DNA of 63,753 nucleotides, filler included, from Globobulimina sp. (GCA_003354225.1; 49 parts of 49 records of this genome joined end to end with filler, not necessarily neighbours in it), one strand, 5' to 3'. Counted from the whole stretch's first letter, positions 10,500 to 23,499 are shown. Notes: generated by a model from the sequence alone, not told the origin. A program made the numbers and translations.

Positions 10500-11636
10500 A
10501 TGAGCGATATTCAATCAAATTCGCCACCACCTAAACCGCCATTACCCCTTCCTCCAATCCATAGCATACAAACACCATATTACCATCCAGCACATATCAC
10601 TATGCCGCCCACACAAATATCCCTCATATATTGTAATACAAATAACAGGAATAACGCAAACATGTCAAACCATAATAATAATAACCTTACTCATCATTTG
10701 TCATTCCCCTCCTTGAATTACGACGAACCACACTCGAATACGCCCGAATCTGATGATCACTCCATAATCTCCGCCAATACAGTCAACACAAACAATACCG
10801 CCACAACCACCACCACCAATATAGCATCATTGTCCCCCAACCTTCATTCCTTTGGCATCAATGATGTCGACGATGAAGACGATGACGACTTATATATACC
10901 GCCCATATCGCAGTCACACAAGAAATGCAAAAAAAAGAAAAAATGCAAGAAACATAGTAAGAAATTATCCACCTATATATCGGCAGATGTTTTGCCTTTG
11001 GCTGGCCATGGCAGCATTGGCTGGAATGATGTCTGCAAAACATCATTAGAGTGTCATTTGTGCCATAAAATATATAATGATCGAGCAAAATACATCGAAT
11101 GTTTAAAGACTCACTATAACGATGACGACAATGAGTTGGTATATTTAGAATGTGAACTGTGTTTAGCGCAGCCTACAAAGAAGAATTTAGCGAAAAAAGA
11201 CAAATTATGTGCATTGGGACTGTATAATAATTCGTGGAGAACCTCGAAACATGTCGCCAATTTTATCTCTCATTTAGCGGGCCACGACAATATCAAACCG
11301 GGCTTTTATTGCAAAGTACAAGTATATGATGAAGAGATGCAACAATATGTAACATGCAATGCGCCCGGCAGTACACAACAAAATCTTGCCAAACATATCT
11401 ATAATATGCACTATAAAATGAGCGACAAATCTGACAAATATTGTATTGATCCGACTTATGGATATGTGTCAAAAAATAAATTGAAAAATTGCAAAAAAAG
11501 AAAAATAAAAAACGCAAAAAAATTAAAAAGAATTTTATTGATTATGATGATTTGAAACCAAAGAGAAAAAAACGGAGATTAAATAAAAAAAAATGTTCCG
11601 AAACAATAATCGGAATCGGAAAAGGAAACAATTATA
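10500..11636 (+). CDS. C2H2 zinc-finger protein; probable homopolymer frameshift near 11500; 3' partial
   Basis: CHLC..H, CELC...H.AGH and C..C...H.YNMH fingers, a low-complexity N-terminus and basic NLS-like tracts. Confidence 0.7.
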
Positions 11637-12073
11637 NNNNNNNNNNNNNNNNNNNNNNNNNNNNNNNNNNNNNNNNNNNNTTAATTAATTAANNNNNNNN
11701 NNNNNNNNNNNNNNNNNNNNNNNNNNNNNNNNNNNNCGTTTTCGGTGCATTGAATATTAATTTGTTGTCAGTGCATTGAATTTTTAAGATTGTTGTTTGG
11801 TTTGAATTGTTATTTTTATCCTCGCGCAGGTGGCAATATTCGACCGTGTGAAGTTTTAACACTGATGGCGAATGATTGCTAATTGAAAACTAAAACCAAT
11901 ATCTCTCTCGCCGACCATTGTCATAGAACATAGGTCGTTGGGAAATTTCTGAAACTGTTTATCATAATAAACAGTCAATTGAACACATAAGCAGTTTGAC
12001 GTACTCAATCAGATACTTTTTGTCATTTCATTTTGACTGACACCCATCCTTCAAAGCCAAAAAGCCTATATTA

Positions 12074-12940
12074 TGTCCAAAGCATCCATTCTTCAACAAC
12101 TCTCCAGTACGTAGTCACCACACAGTCACTCTTTGATTTCTGTCGACAATAATTCCAGAGATATGAGTATGGATATTCCAACACAACACGTATGAATATA
12201 TTAAATTGCTTGCATCTTTAGTTAAATTGATTGAAATTATGTATATATGACTGATGTAGTGGACAGTGGATGATGTATATGAATATATATCCACTCTTGA
12301 AATAAATGGATTTAAATATAATGAATTTGCAGATATGTTTCGTAGAGAAATAATAAATGGTCCATTGTTATTAAATTTGCAAAACGGAATGCTTTATATG
12401 AGGTATACAATGATGCAATTTGGACAATATTAATTAATATATATATATATATATATACAACAAAAGCATTTGCAGAAATTAAAAGCATCTCAACCAATCA
12501 AACAATCACTTACAACCTCACCAATCCGAATGAGTCAGGTAACTAAGATTCGGAATAATCGCTCAAATACAAACGCAACTCATTTGGATACAAATGTATT
12601 TTCAAAAGAATCCACTCCGCAATTTACATCTTTTCCATCTGCACAATTTTCACCAGAGAGCTTTAATTTGAATATGAATACAATGACTCCATTGCAATTA
12701 CCTTCTCCTACGCCAATACACACAATTTCGACATCACTTACCCACCAAAACAGTAATAATAGAATCAGAGTTTTGCCGTCAAACAATAATAATAATAGCA
12801 ACACGAAGTATATATCGCCAGTCAATACGAATACGTATACGAATCTAAATCATTTAATAAACACATTGAATATAAACAGTCCAATTTATGGTGCGACATT
12901 CCCTCAAATCCAATCACCACTTTTACGAAATACAGTAACT
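12074..12940 (+). CDS. SAM (sterile alpha motif) domain protein, multi-exon, 3' partial
   Basis: An exon from 12260 that the ORF track misses translates WTVDDVYEYISTL..EFADMFRREIINGPLLLNL. A Ser/Thr/Pro-rich exon follows from about 12476. Confidence 0.6.
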
Positions 12941-13205
12941 NNNNNNNNNNNNNNNNNNNNNNNNNNNNNNNNNNNNNNNNNNNNTTAATTAATTAANNNN
13001 NNNNNNNNNNNNNNNNNNNNNNNNNNNNNNNNNNNNNNNNGTCTAACCATGGACTAATCCGTTTATTGGTGATCCCCTTCAATTTGTAGAGCATTTTGCG
13101 CGAAAGTTTTTGAAATGAATTTTAGATTTTTTTGTTGTTATGAATACAATGGGTGCACGCCGTTGTTTTTTGGAATAATTTCTGGATTTTTCGCTCATTA
13201 AAACA

Positions 13206-13928
13206 ATGATAACTAAATTATTTCGACCAATTCAATGCATCAAACATTCCAAGCCACAAATCCAATGCATATCAATGAATAATAACAATTATATATATAA
13301 TCAACAGCATAACAACACAAATTGGTCAATGCCTGCTGTTACCAAATGGATGAGTTCTAAAATAAAACACGAAAAATTTGCAGCAAAGCAATTAAAATTA
13401 ACAAAAAAAAAACTATCAAAATTGTCGGATCCATCGGAAATTGAGCAATATAAAAATGAAAACAGTAATGTTCTTGTAATGGATGAAAATGAGAATGACG
13501 AAGACGCATTGATTCAAGAAGCGGATACTAAATCTGGTAAAATAAAATTTCAGCGGAACGTGCCAGGCAAAGCAACAATATTTGAGGGTGAAACAATTGG
13601 ACAATTAGAAAATGTGAAAAAAACAAAAAAAGGAATGATAAACTTTCATAATTGGGAAATGACCCGACAAGCAGTCTTATTATGTCCTTCAGCAAAAAAG
13701 GGATTAATGCCAATGAAAAAAGAGTTAAAATTTATATTTCCGAGAGCTGTGTGGGGTGTTGATATACATGGAGGCTTCATCGAAGTTGCAAGGAAATTGG
13801 GATTAAAATCACACAGAAAACCACCTTTTTATATACCTTATCTTGAACCGAATGAACAATATGAGTTTATTCAAACTGAAATAGACAAATATAACGAGGC
13901 TAGAGCTAAACAAAAGACAATGTTTTGA
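13206..13928 (+). CDS. Hypothetical protein, possibly mitochondrion-targeted
   Basis: Complete 240-aa ORF whose N-terminus is basic and lacks acidic residues. Confidence 0.6.
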   Translation: MITKLFRPIQCIKHSKPQIQCISMNNNNYIYNQQHNNTNWSMPAVTKWMSSKIKHEKFAAKQLKLTKKKLSKLSDPSEIEQYKNENSNVLVMDENENDEDALIQEADTKSGKIKFQRNVPGKATIFEGETIGQLENVKKTKKGMINFHNWEMTRQAVLLCPSAKKGLMPMKKELKFIFPRAVWGVDIHGGFIEVARKLGLKSHRKPPFYIPYLEPNEQYEFIQTEIDKYNEARAKQKTMF

Positions 13929-14344
13929 TGATTGTAACCTCGTACTTTGATGGTATCATTATAACTTCACTAACTCCGCAATTGTCAAATGACCATAAGA
14001 GCATAACACCGACAATTTGAATTCGGACTTATGGAGAATAACATCAGATTGTCCACGCTTCATACGATATATTCAGATAGATAATCCCCACTCTATCTGT
14101 TTTTATAAAGCAATTCGATAAGATACAGGATTGAACTGTACACGGAATGAATATAATTACAGTAAGAACACAAAACGTTTACTTAGTACTGCTTAAACAC
14201 AAAAGGGTATATAAAAACTAATTAGTTGCAAGCTGTTAGCCGTANNNNNNNNNNNNNNNNNNNNNNNNNNNNNNNNNNNNNNNNNNNNTTAATTAATTAA
14301 NNNNNNNNNNNNNNNNNNNNNNNNNNNNNNNNNNNNNNNNNNNN

Positions 14345-14711
14345 TTATTAATTGACTAAAATATGGCTCATATTCCGAACCTCTTTCATTCCATATATTG
14401 AGCCATTGATAATAAATCTCAAATGGAGTCAACCAACCTTCCAATAAACCGGCTGCATACATTCGATCATAATCAGTAACATTGACAGATTGTGCTGTGG
14501 TGGTTTTTATTTCCAATATGCTCCAACCTGTTACGTTTAGTGAATCTGTAAAATAACCACATGCGACTGCTGATGTATCATTGCAGTCAATTTCATTTGC
14601 TATGATTTTATATTGATTGTCGATGTAATATACTGTTCCATTTCTATCTAATCTTGCAGATAAGGTAATTGTCACTGACAATACTAGCCAACAAAGTTGT
14701 GGTGGTGACAT
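14345..14711 (-). CDS. Phospholipase B-like protein, N-terminal part
   Basis: Signal peptide, then G.F.D.LN.TGWS.LEI and YAAG.LEG.LT motifs. Confidence 0.85.
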
Positions 14712-14908
14712 GAGTGGGAAATGTTTCTATTTTAAGATAAAACCGTAAACTAAGTTAGGTCATGTTTTTGATCCAAATAACTATTGCTCCAAAAGCACTC
14801 TGCCAGCTGTCCTTTGATGAAAATGTAAGTAATTGACCACCAGTTAAATGTACATATTTTCCATGTTATTGGAGCATAACAATAATATGAATAACACAGA
14901 GTTATAAC

Positions 14909-15132
14909 CAATGGAAGGAATGCATTTAAGTCAGAGGTTTGAGAGGTTGAGAGGTTCAGAAGTTTAGGCGTTGAGAGGTTGGGATGTTCGGAAGTTGGAG
15001 GATAAAAGTATCGTAGAATTGGATTCTTGTTCCATTAATAATTCAACTTCTGAACCTCTCAACTTCTCAACGCCTAAACTTCCGAACCTCTCAACCTCTC
15101 AAACCTCTGACTTTAATGCATTTCTTTCAATG
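14909..15132. mobile_element. Foldback/MITE-like long inverted repeat
   Basis: Arms of about 90 bp built from GAGAGGTT-type sub-repeats pair with each other around a loop of about 45 bp. Confidence 0.7.
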
Positions 15133-15648
15133 CATCTAAAAAATTAAAAATCGTTCACCCACGATTACTAACTAAAAATATCCCATTTAATATAATGAAA
15201 AAACAAGAAAAAATAAATTAAATTTTAGGTGCAAAAAATTAAAAAAAAAATTAAATTTTATATACATAACAAAGTTGAAAACAGCAAGAAAATAATAAAA
15301 AAAGTTCATACAACAAAAGAATACCATTTTGGTAGAAAAACAAACAAAAAATTTACGTAAGAAAGAGCAGAAAACAAACAAAAAATTTGAAAAAAAGCGA
15401 AACAAAACAAAAAAGTTTAATTAATTTTGTTGTGGTGTAATAAGTAAGCAATTCTTTGAAGCAACTCCCCGTTTTGGATGATGATATGTGGAATGATGTA
15501 AATTCCATCCATTTTGTTGAAATATTAATTGATTATTTCTTATAAATANNNNNNNNNNNNNNNNNNNNNNNNNNNNNNNNNNNNNNNNNNNNTTAATTAA
15601 TTAANNNNNNNNNNNNNNNNNNNNNNNNNNNNNNNNNNNNNNNNNNNN

Positions 15649-16852
15649 CACCATCACCACATATACAGACAAAGTTTCCCGGCGCCATCAACATAGCCCA
15701 ATCCACAACAAACAAACAAGTATTCGACGACTTGGTCATTGATGCGAGCGATCGCGACCAGTACATTCCCAAACTATCAATGTCATCTTCAGACCAACCC
15801 ACATCACATCAAAAAATAAAACCACACAAACAGAGAAAACGGCATCAAACGCCAAAACCCAAAAGCAACACTAAAAAACAACGCAGGCACAAATATAAAC
15901 CATCGCAAAACAAGAAGAACAAACCCAAATTAAAACGCATGTTCACCAATACAAAAGGTACATACTTATACAATAAAATTCAAACCCGCAAATCCTACAT
16001 TTTTTATGTGAATATTTGTCAAAAACAGCTGATTTTTTGAGCGAACGAATATGTACAACAATAAAAGAGAAACAGAAACCAAATTCAATGCCACTCAAAA
16101 CGAAGAAACTCGGACCACGAGACATTGATAAAAGCACTGGAACTTGGAGTCCCATCGAATTATCTGCCGCTGAGAGAGGCAAATTAAATGCGAATGGCAG
16201 TTTTTTATTAGAGAGGACCCGATGGCGTCACACTGCCATATCAGATTCCAGCAGGAAAATAAGCATTGATCGCAAGAAAGGACCTCGAGATTATAAACAT
16301 AGCAGCAGTTCTAACTGGACTCCATATGTTGTACCCAGACAACCATCGCGTTCAAAATGTAAACCACGGCCACGTGCACACCGACTGACTATACATCGTT
16401 TGCCAAGCAAACACGCTGTGCATCGGGATATATATTTGAAATCTGGCACAATATCAATATCACCAACGTTTTCAGCTGAAATAGCAGATATAATCAGAGA
16501 GATACAAGCAAAGCTGAGGGCTATCTTAGATAACAGAACAGCGCATGTTATGAGGCTGGAAAGTGCGAATGAACAATGTTGCCAACAATGCATTGGTGTG
16601 GAGAAAATGGAGCAGTTAAAGCGACATTGTGAGCCGCTGAAAAGAGTGGAGATTGTGCTGTCTGTATATTATAAATTGATTCATGTGATAGATAAATCGA
16701 ATTGGAATGAAATTAATATTAATGAACTTTTTGAACGTAATAATTACGGTCATCAACAATTGTTTAATGATTTCAATCATATCACGCAACATCATATAGT
16801 TCCGGATAATGTTGCAATTAGAAACAATGCCAAATGTTATAATATTGCGGTT
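15649..16852 (+). CDS. Hypothetical protein, partial, intron about 15958-16028
   Basis: Two long ORFs joined by a GTACAT..AACAG intron. Confidence 0.55.
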
Positions 16853-16952
16853 NNNNNNNNNNNNNNNNNNNNNNNNNNNNNNNNNNNNNNNNNNNNTTAA
16901 TTAATTAANNNNNNNNNNNNNNNNNNNNNNNNNNNNNNNNNNNNNNNNNNNN

Positions 16953-17410
16953 TCTTTTTTTCGTTTTATGTATTTTATTTCAATACATTCATAGCTCAAT
17001 AATATATCATTTAAAATATAATTACGCGTATCATATACTGCTTCAATTGATTTTGTCCGCTCATAGATCTGAATCATATTTTTTCCAATTTGATATTCTT
17101 GCATTGCATTATTAATTATTTCGGCTATCTCTTCATCTGATTCAATTAGTTTCATATTTTCATTTTTTTGTCTTTCATTCTTATTATTATATGCGAATAG
17201 ATGATCGGTCAAAGTATAATAATGGTCAGAATCGACATATCCAGTTCCAACTTTCCAATTGGATTTAATTAATTGTTTATTATTTTCATTAACAAGAACC
17301 TTATTGGGCTCATTCCTGCCATTACGAAATCCATTTTTATCGATCCGCTGTCGTTTGTGATAGGTTGCATGCTTATCGTTGTTTAAATCGATTAATTTAA
17401 ATTCATGTTT
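16953..17410 (-). pseudogene. Possible decayed LINE apurinic-endonuclease fragment
   Basis: An open frame without ATG reads LIDLNNDKHATYH..QRID...DSDH, resembling the C-terminal APE motifs. Confidence 0.3.
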
Positions 17411-17624
17411 TTATTTGTTAAAAAAGTGAGTAGATTATAGTACGTATTAGTTTGATCTGTTTGTGTATATCACTGAGCTTTCGGCTAACGTAAAGCAGCC
17501 ATTGTCAAAGTGCTTAAATTGAAAATTAGTTAGTTCTCAACACTAAAAACTACAAAAGATAAACAATCAACACACCATAAACCAAACACACGTGAAACAA
17601 ATATGTAAGTATATAACAAATTAA

Positions 17625-17999
17625 TTAAATATATAAACCAATGCCGCATCCAAACTCCAACGCCGATGCTGGCCGTAATATGAAACTCAAAAACATTGCC
17701 AAGCCACGATCAAAGTCTGGGCCGTATTGAACTAAGTGTGTACACCACGACCATGCTCCGCCATTCTTACCTTTGTTGAATTTGAGATTGGAGAGACAGC
17801 TGCCATTCGATATCGATGGTGTAGCAATATATTCAGTCCATAACGGTGACTCTGTCCCTGACTCAGTATGACTATGTTGAGAAATAAATGACGAAAATAC
17901 AAATATGTACAATATGACACATGTTATCATCGCCACTACCAACACTTGAGAACTTCTTCTCCGTACTTTAGATTTGTTACTCACTGGTAAGGTAGCCAT
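17625..17999 (-). CDS. Type II membrane SAM-dependent methyltransferase, N-terminal exon
   Basis: N-terminal TM anchor followed by motif I (ALEFGCGIGLY). Confidence 0.6.
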   Translation of the reverse strand: MATLPVSNKSKVRRRSSQVLVVAMITCVILYIFVFSSFISQHSHTESGTESPLWTEYIATPSISNGSCLSNLKFNKGKNGGAWSWCTHLVQYGPDFDRGLAMFLSFILRPASALEFGCGIGLYI

Positions 18000-18256
18000 G
18001 ATCTGTATTCGTTGATTATTAATAGATGATTGAAGAGAAAAACATTCACAATTTTGCTGGCCTGCAAAGTTTAGATATGGAAATTACACTTTACCAAAAT
18101 AAATCAAATATAATTAAACTTTTCGGACTTGAAAGAACCGACAATGATTATGATTANNNNNNNNNNNNNNNNNNNNNNNNNNNNNNNNNNNNNNNNNNNN
18201 TTAATTAATTAANNNNNNNNNNNNNNNNNNNNNNNNNNNNNNNNNNNNNNNNNNNN

Positions 18257-18415
18257 CCTGGTGGAGCCTGGCGGATACCTCCCCGGGGGTGATCCGGCTT
18301 TTCTATGACGGGCTTTCACAGGGGGAATCGATCCCGTGGATCGGGTGGATCAAGCCCCTGTTCTGGTGGACGTCGGTCTCCGTGGCTGTGCTGACGGCGG
18401 GGATCTGTATATCGA
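18257..18415 (+). other. GC-rich bacterial membrane-protein fragment (DUF6785-like); probable chimera
   Basis: Open frame IRLFYDGLSQGESIPWIGWIKPLFWW..., with GC far higher than the rest of the contig. Confidence 0.5.
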
Positions 18416-19267
18416 TCATTTTTCAGCACAAATGATTTTAAACTGTTTGAGTGTGATCGGTTTCTTTAAATGAATTTTTTTATATCCAAACTGTTTGAAA
18501 TCAGCTGAAACGAACTCGTTAATAAACTCAACAAATAATGGAGTTACCATTAACGACTCACATTTATTCTTATTAATGTTGCGATTTTCATGTAATATCT
18601 TTGAAATATCGACATTCAATATTTTTATCAATCGCTTCATGTCTTGCTCAAAATGCTCAAATTTCCCAACAAAATTAACACTTTGATTCGCATGAAATAA
18701 ATAATCGGTTTGACCAAAATTAGCAAAAAATTCATGTTTTCTGAACCATGGATCATTAGTATTCTTGAAAAAATATACAAAATCATCCAAACCATCGATT
18801 TTAGCAAACAGAGTACAAATTTTCCATCGATCATGTTTTTGATTGCCGCCTGATTTGAAATAAATAAACATTGATATGGTTCGTAAATATGGATTTCGCA
18901 CAAATGCAAATGTGAAATATGTTTTATATCGATAACAACGCATATAATCCTTTAAAAGCGTATGCTCGGAATCAAGATGGCGATCCCAAAACATACTCTC
19001 AATCGATGAGCCTCCAGTCTTTGGAACATGGATGAAAATAAATTGTTTCTTTTCGTCGACATTTCTATATCTTCTATTATTATTATTCTTATTCCACTGT
19101 TTAGCTGGTTTTTTATTGACGGGGAATCTGTTGAATGATTTCTTTGTATTCATTACAAAATGTATTCTGATTTGCAGAAACGGTAAACAGTGGTTGGATG
19201 ACTCGATCGTTTTTGCAAGGTTGCAAAGTTTTGACTCGAACGTTTTTGGCACACTTAGAATAATCAA
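18416..19267 (-). CDS. Sulfotransferase (Sulfotransfer_2 family)
   Basis: 5'-PSB motif FIHVPKTGGSS, 3'-PB motif FVRNPY.R.IS, and C-terminal FVGKFE and DF..FGY. Confidence 0.9.
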   Translation of the reverse strand: MIILSVPKTFESKLCNLAKTIESSNHCLPFLQIRIHFVMNTKKSFNRFPVNKKPAKQWNKNNNNRRYRNVDEKKQFIFIHVPKTGGSSIESMFWDRHLDSEHTLLKDYMRCYRYKTYFTFAFVRNPYLRTISMFIYFKSGGNQKHDRWKICTLFAKIDGLDDFVYFFKNTNDPWFRKHEFFANFGQTDYLFHANQSVNFVGKFEHFEQDMKRLIKILNVDISKILHENRNINKNKCESLMVTPLFVEFINEFVSADFKQFGYKKIHLKKPITLKQFKIICAEK

Positions 19268-19624
19268 GATTCAACGATGTCAACGACACCTTCAAATGCG
19301 TCCAAGCAAACCCAAAAATTCTAATATTTAGAGCAAATGGACCATAATATGATAAGCAATGCAGAATTCTAGTATTGCACAAATAGCCATCACCATCATC
19401 CCTGCCATCGCATGTAGTTTACCGATTAGTTTTAACAGATCACCCCCCACCCCAACTGANNNNNNNNNNNNNNNNNNNNNNNNNNNNNNNNNNNNNNNNN
19501 NNNTTAATTAATTAANNNNNNNNNNNNNNNNNNNNNNNNNNNNNNNNNNNNNNNNNNNNGCCCATTAATATATCCAATCATTGCCTGTGTAATGATCATC
19601 TGCATTTTATCCAAAAGGCAAAAG

Positions 19625-19750
19625 GCATTTTTTTGCATAATTTATGCGTTTTTTTTGCATAATTTATGCGTTTTTTTTGCATAATTTATGCATTTTTTTT
19701 GCATTTTTGATGCATTCTTTTTTGCATAATTTATGCGTTTTTTTTTGCAT
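19625..19750. repeat. About 22-bp tandem repeat with a palindromic core
   Basis: T7-8-GCATAATTTATGC(G) units, about 5-6 copies including degenerate ones. Confidence 0.85.
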
Positions 19751-20317
19751 GATGTATGATATTTTTCTATAATGTTCTCAATGTCACAAAATTGGACAAA
19801 AGCATCTTTCTCATTCACTTTGTTTAAAGCAGAACATATTCACAGTGTAAAAGAGCATTGATTGATAATTTCGTGGCTTGAATCATCAGTGTCACATTTG
19901 TTTTCGTCATTTTTCAATTAATATTGTCAAATCAGATGGTGGTATTATTGCGATGGCAGTAGGTTCTTGCTTTCTCTGCTTTTCATTGTTTTCACTTCAC
20001 TGAAACATTCTTGTCTGGTAATGTGCACTTATACTTATATAATTGTCTGTTTGAATTAAGGATACCACTGGCGCAATGATTAAATAGAATCAATACGTGC
20101 ACAAACAGAATAATTCCGAAACAAACCTTATTTGTATTTTACTCCCAACATTCTTCTCACGACTGAGCAGCTGTCTCACTTTATACAATAAGCGATTATG
20201 AATTGATCTATTTTTAGACTCAATTGCAAATTCCGATCAAAGAATTCACAATTTCAAAAAGGAAAACAAAAGAATTAGTTTCAGAATTAATTGGAAAGAA
20301 CTACAAATACGATACAA

Positions 20318-20762
20318 ATGAAAACCATTATTGTTCTTGTAGTGTGTGCTGTTGTTGCGATGTATTTCGTGATTAGGAAATCGTATCAAACTCGCAATTC
20401 ACCACCGGGACCATCGTCATTAACGGTATGGTATTATGTCATTAAAATGTTGATTGTCAAACGAAAATTTGATATTCTGTATCTATCAAAACATTTGTGT
20501 AAATCATACGGAAGTCGTGGTGTTTGGTATCAAACATTTTTGGGTCATTCTGTTGTATTTATCTCGTCATCGAAAGTTGCAAAACAAGTGTTGGAAAATA
20601 AAGCAAGCCACAACAGAGATAACCGCAGAGGTTCTGTTGGAGATTGTTTCCGACCTACTCTACCCTTTGCCTCATTAAATGGAAAAGAGTGGCGTAAAAG
20701 ACGTAAGTTAGCACAGAGCATACTCTTTCGAATGTGCACTGCCTCGTTTGTGAATAAAATAT
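20318..20762 (+). CDS. Cytochrome P450, N-terminal part
   Basis: TM anchor, PPGP hinge, and C-helix WxxxR (NGKEWRKRRK). Confidence 0.85.
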
Positions 20763-21213
20763 NNNNNNNNNNNNNNNNNNNNNNNNNNNNNNNNNNNNNN
20801 NNNNNNTTAATTAATTAANNNNNNNNNNNNNNNNNNNNNNNNNNNNNNNNNNNNNNNNNNNNAAACGCCAACAACACAAAACGACCATTGTACACAAAGC
20901 ACACAACGGCAGGAAAGTAAGAAGATACACAACGCAATGACTGGATTCTAATCAATAAGTATCAAATTTAATATACACTTCAGTTGTGTGACTTGTGTCA
21001 ACAAATTTCAATTGATACAGAACATTGTAAAGTTGTTTTATACTTCATAAAAAGTGTTTGATTCGACAGAACTGCATCAAGTCGCTGAAGAGCTAATTGT
21101 GGATCACTGGATCATACTTGAAAATTATTGTTTTCGCTACCTGCATAATAGCGGCCTATATACTTTCAGCATTTTGAGAAAAATCTCTTTTTTTTTACTT
21201 CGATGAATTCAGT

Positions 21214-22065
21214 TTGTGTCTTTGCCATTTGAAGTATTTGTCAATTGTCAACCAACATAATTTGATTCAAATAATGTTTTACAGTGGAACATGGTACAAA
21301 AATAGTGAAGAAGAGTCAGAAATTCTTAGTGATAAATTGCAAGAATTATTAAAACAACAAAAAGAATTAACCCATCAACATTTGCACCAAACGGAGACAA
21401 TATTAAATAGAGAAGCAACATCAGCCGGTGATGACGAACAATTTATGAAAGAAAATGAAAAGAGATTAAATGAAGTATCTGCAAAAATAAATGTATTAAC
21501 CAATGGTTTGCAACAAATGGGATTTAAATTAAACAGCACCGACCATCCAGACACAATAGCCATTGATGGAAAAATCACAGAAAATAATATTCCAATATTT
21601 ACCCCAAACCCAAACATCAATGCCATGTTACCATCGCGAGTGCAATCCACTCATTTTTATGACTCGAAACATAATTTCATCCTTCATTTAAACGACCGAT
21701 ACGAATCAGAATTGGAATTAATACGAATACGAAGACGTAAACGATATCGCACCTCAGTCACTAACCGCATATACCACATCGACCCTGACCTCTCCGTACA
21801 TGACATATTCAAAAAAACCGATAGCACCCAAATCACCAACAACATTGAACACATTTGGGTCAATACCATCGATACGGCCTTACAAAGCCATGTCGACGGC
21901 GATATATTTGAATTGGCCGAAGGGAAACATGTAATGTCTGGCAACTATCAAATCTATGGCACATTAACTATTCGAGGCACTGCCTCCAGTAATTGGAAGA
22001 CTTTGATTGTGAACCAATACGATTCCGATCATTTCATTTGGTGCATTGGGCAAAATTCACGCGTT
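21214..22065 (+). CDS. Coiled-coil protein with the start of a right-handed beta-helix domain, partial
   Basis: TIDTAL....GD..EL.EG.H and LTIRG are typical of a beta-helix N-cap. Confidence 0.5.
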
Positions 22066-22165
22066 NNNNNNNNNNNNNNNNNNNNNNNNNNNNNNNNNNN
22101 NNNNNNNNNTTAATTAATTAANNNNNNNNNNNNNNNNNNNNNNNNNNNNNNNNNNNNNNNNNNNN

Positions 22166-23311
22166 AAACATGTTCGAATTTTATCTGTATTACGTTTAAC
22201 ATTGCAATATTTAATGAATATCACCTTAAATAATACATCAATATCCTACGTGGATAGATTTGCTTTTTTAGAGGATAGAATGAGAGCCATTATGAAAGAT
22301 ATTTATGTTCAAAATCAATCCCTTACAGGTTCAGACGCAACAGCAGTTATTGGAATATTTGAGGCAAATATCAGGTTTCGAATATATTCACATGTGTTGT
22401 TATGTCATTTAGATCAACATCAAACGAAAGCATTTCCAGCATCAACTAGACACCAATTAAAATTCTTGAATATGGATTTAAACGCCAGACCAAAGCAAAA
22501 TAAATTTTATTATTCGACAGCTCGGAATTTACAACATTTACCAAATATTTTTGCTCAATTGTTTTATTTATATCGTCAGAGAGATTTTGAATCAATATCT
22601 AGCCAACAACAATGTGATGAGGTTGAAATTTATTGTTTAGCTGCTTTTTATAGATTGGCTCAAGATGCTGTCAAAGGTATTGCAAGTCAGCAGCATTTTG
22701 CTCAAAAAGTTATTTATAATAAAAGTGTTCCGTTGCATATTCGGAAGCACATTCGGATAAAACAAGCGAATGCGTTGATTGCGGCATATAGTAATATGAA
22801 CAGACGGTTATTTTTCAAACTCTATGATGATTTGGGCATTATGGGACAAGCAGCGTTGTATCCAATTTTAGATCATTTCCGGTTGATTTGTATGAAGAAA
22901 ATGTGTTATCGCGGCTGTGTAAGGATGCCTCCATGGGATTTAACATATAAATATTCATCATTTGTAGATGATTTTTATTTTTATCATAATGGAGTTGATG
23001 CCAAGCATTTTTTATCATGGTTTGGTGAATTCGGAGCTGATGATATTGAACGGATTGTTGAATCTGGTTTATCTATGAATGATTTTCATAAAATTAAAGT
23101 TTTGGAAGATGGACGTCTAAGATTTGCGTCGAGAGATAATTTTTTGATTAGATTGGAATTACAATATATAATTCAATCTTCATTATATGCAGAAATTCAA
23201 CAAACGGAATTCGATGGTATATTGGAAAAAATTGAATATTTTGGATCTGGCGTTTCTGTGGATAAATATATCAATAAATTTGTGACATCACACATAACTT
23301 CACACAAATGA
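22166..23311 (+). CDS. SAC3/GANP family protein, 5' partial
   Basis: L..T..YL, F..DR.RAI.KD..Q and E..IRF motifs. Confidence 0.75.
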   Translation, partial: KHVRILSVLRLTLQYLMNITLNNTSISYVDRFAFLEDRMRAIMKDIYVQNQSLTGSDATAVIGIFEANIRFRIYSHVLLCHLDQHQTKAFPASTRHQLKFLNMDLNARPKQNKFYYSTARNLQHLPNIFAQLFYLYRQRDFESISSQQQCDEVEIYCLAAFYRLAQDAVKGIASQQHFAQKVIYNKSVPLHIRKHIRIKQANALIAAYSNMNRRLFFKLYDDLGIMGQAALYPILDHFRLICMKKMCYRGCVRMPPWDLTYKYSSFVDDFYFYHNGVDAKHFLSWFGEFGADDIERIVESGLSMNDFHKIKVLEDGRLRFASRDNFLIRLELQYIIQSSLYAEIQQTEFDGILEKIEYFGSGVSVDKYINKFVTSHITSHK

Positions 23312-23499
23312 TTCTTGCATTCTATTGAATGCGTGTTCTGTAATAATATTGCAGTGGATTACGCTCTTNNNNNNNNNNNNNNNNNNNNNNNNNNNNNNNN
23401 NNNNNNNNNNNNTTAATTAATTAANNNNNNNNNNNNNNNNNNNNNNNNNNNNNNNNNNNNNNNNNNNNATGATGCAAATAATTTCGCTTATAAAGACCT

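Noticed and set aside
11489-11636. Programmed frameshift or stop-codon reassignment
   Set aside because: The shift lies in poly-A runs and is likely a sequencing error. Elsewhere, in-frame stops are explained by short introns, and genes end at standard TAA/TGA.
15187-15405. Phe-rich ORF and many similar short antisense or overlapping ORFs in the track
   Set aside because: These are low-complexity A/T tracts or shadows of real genes on the other strand or frame.
18257-18415. Horizontal gene transfer into the protist genome
   Set aside because: A short fragment at the contig tip joins mid-gene to an opposite-strand gene; a chimera is more parsimonious.
19625-19750. CRISPR array
   Set aside because: There are no unique spacers and no cas genes, and the context is eukaryotic.
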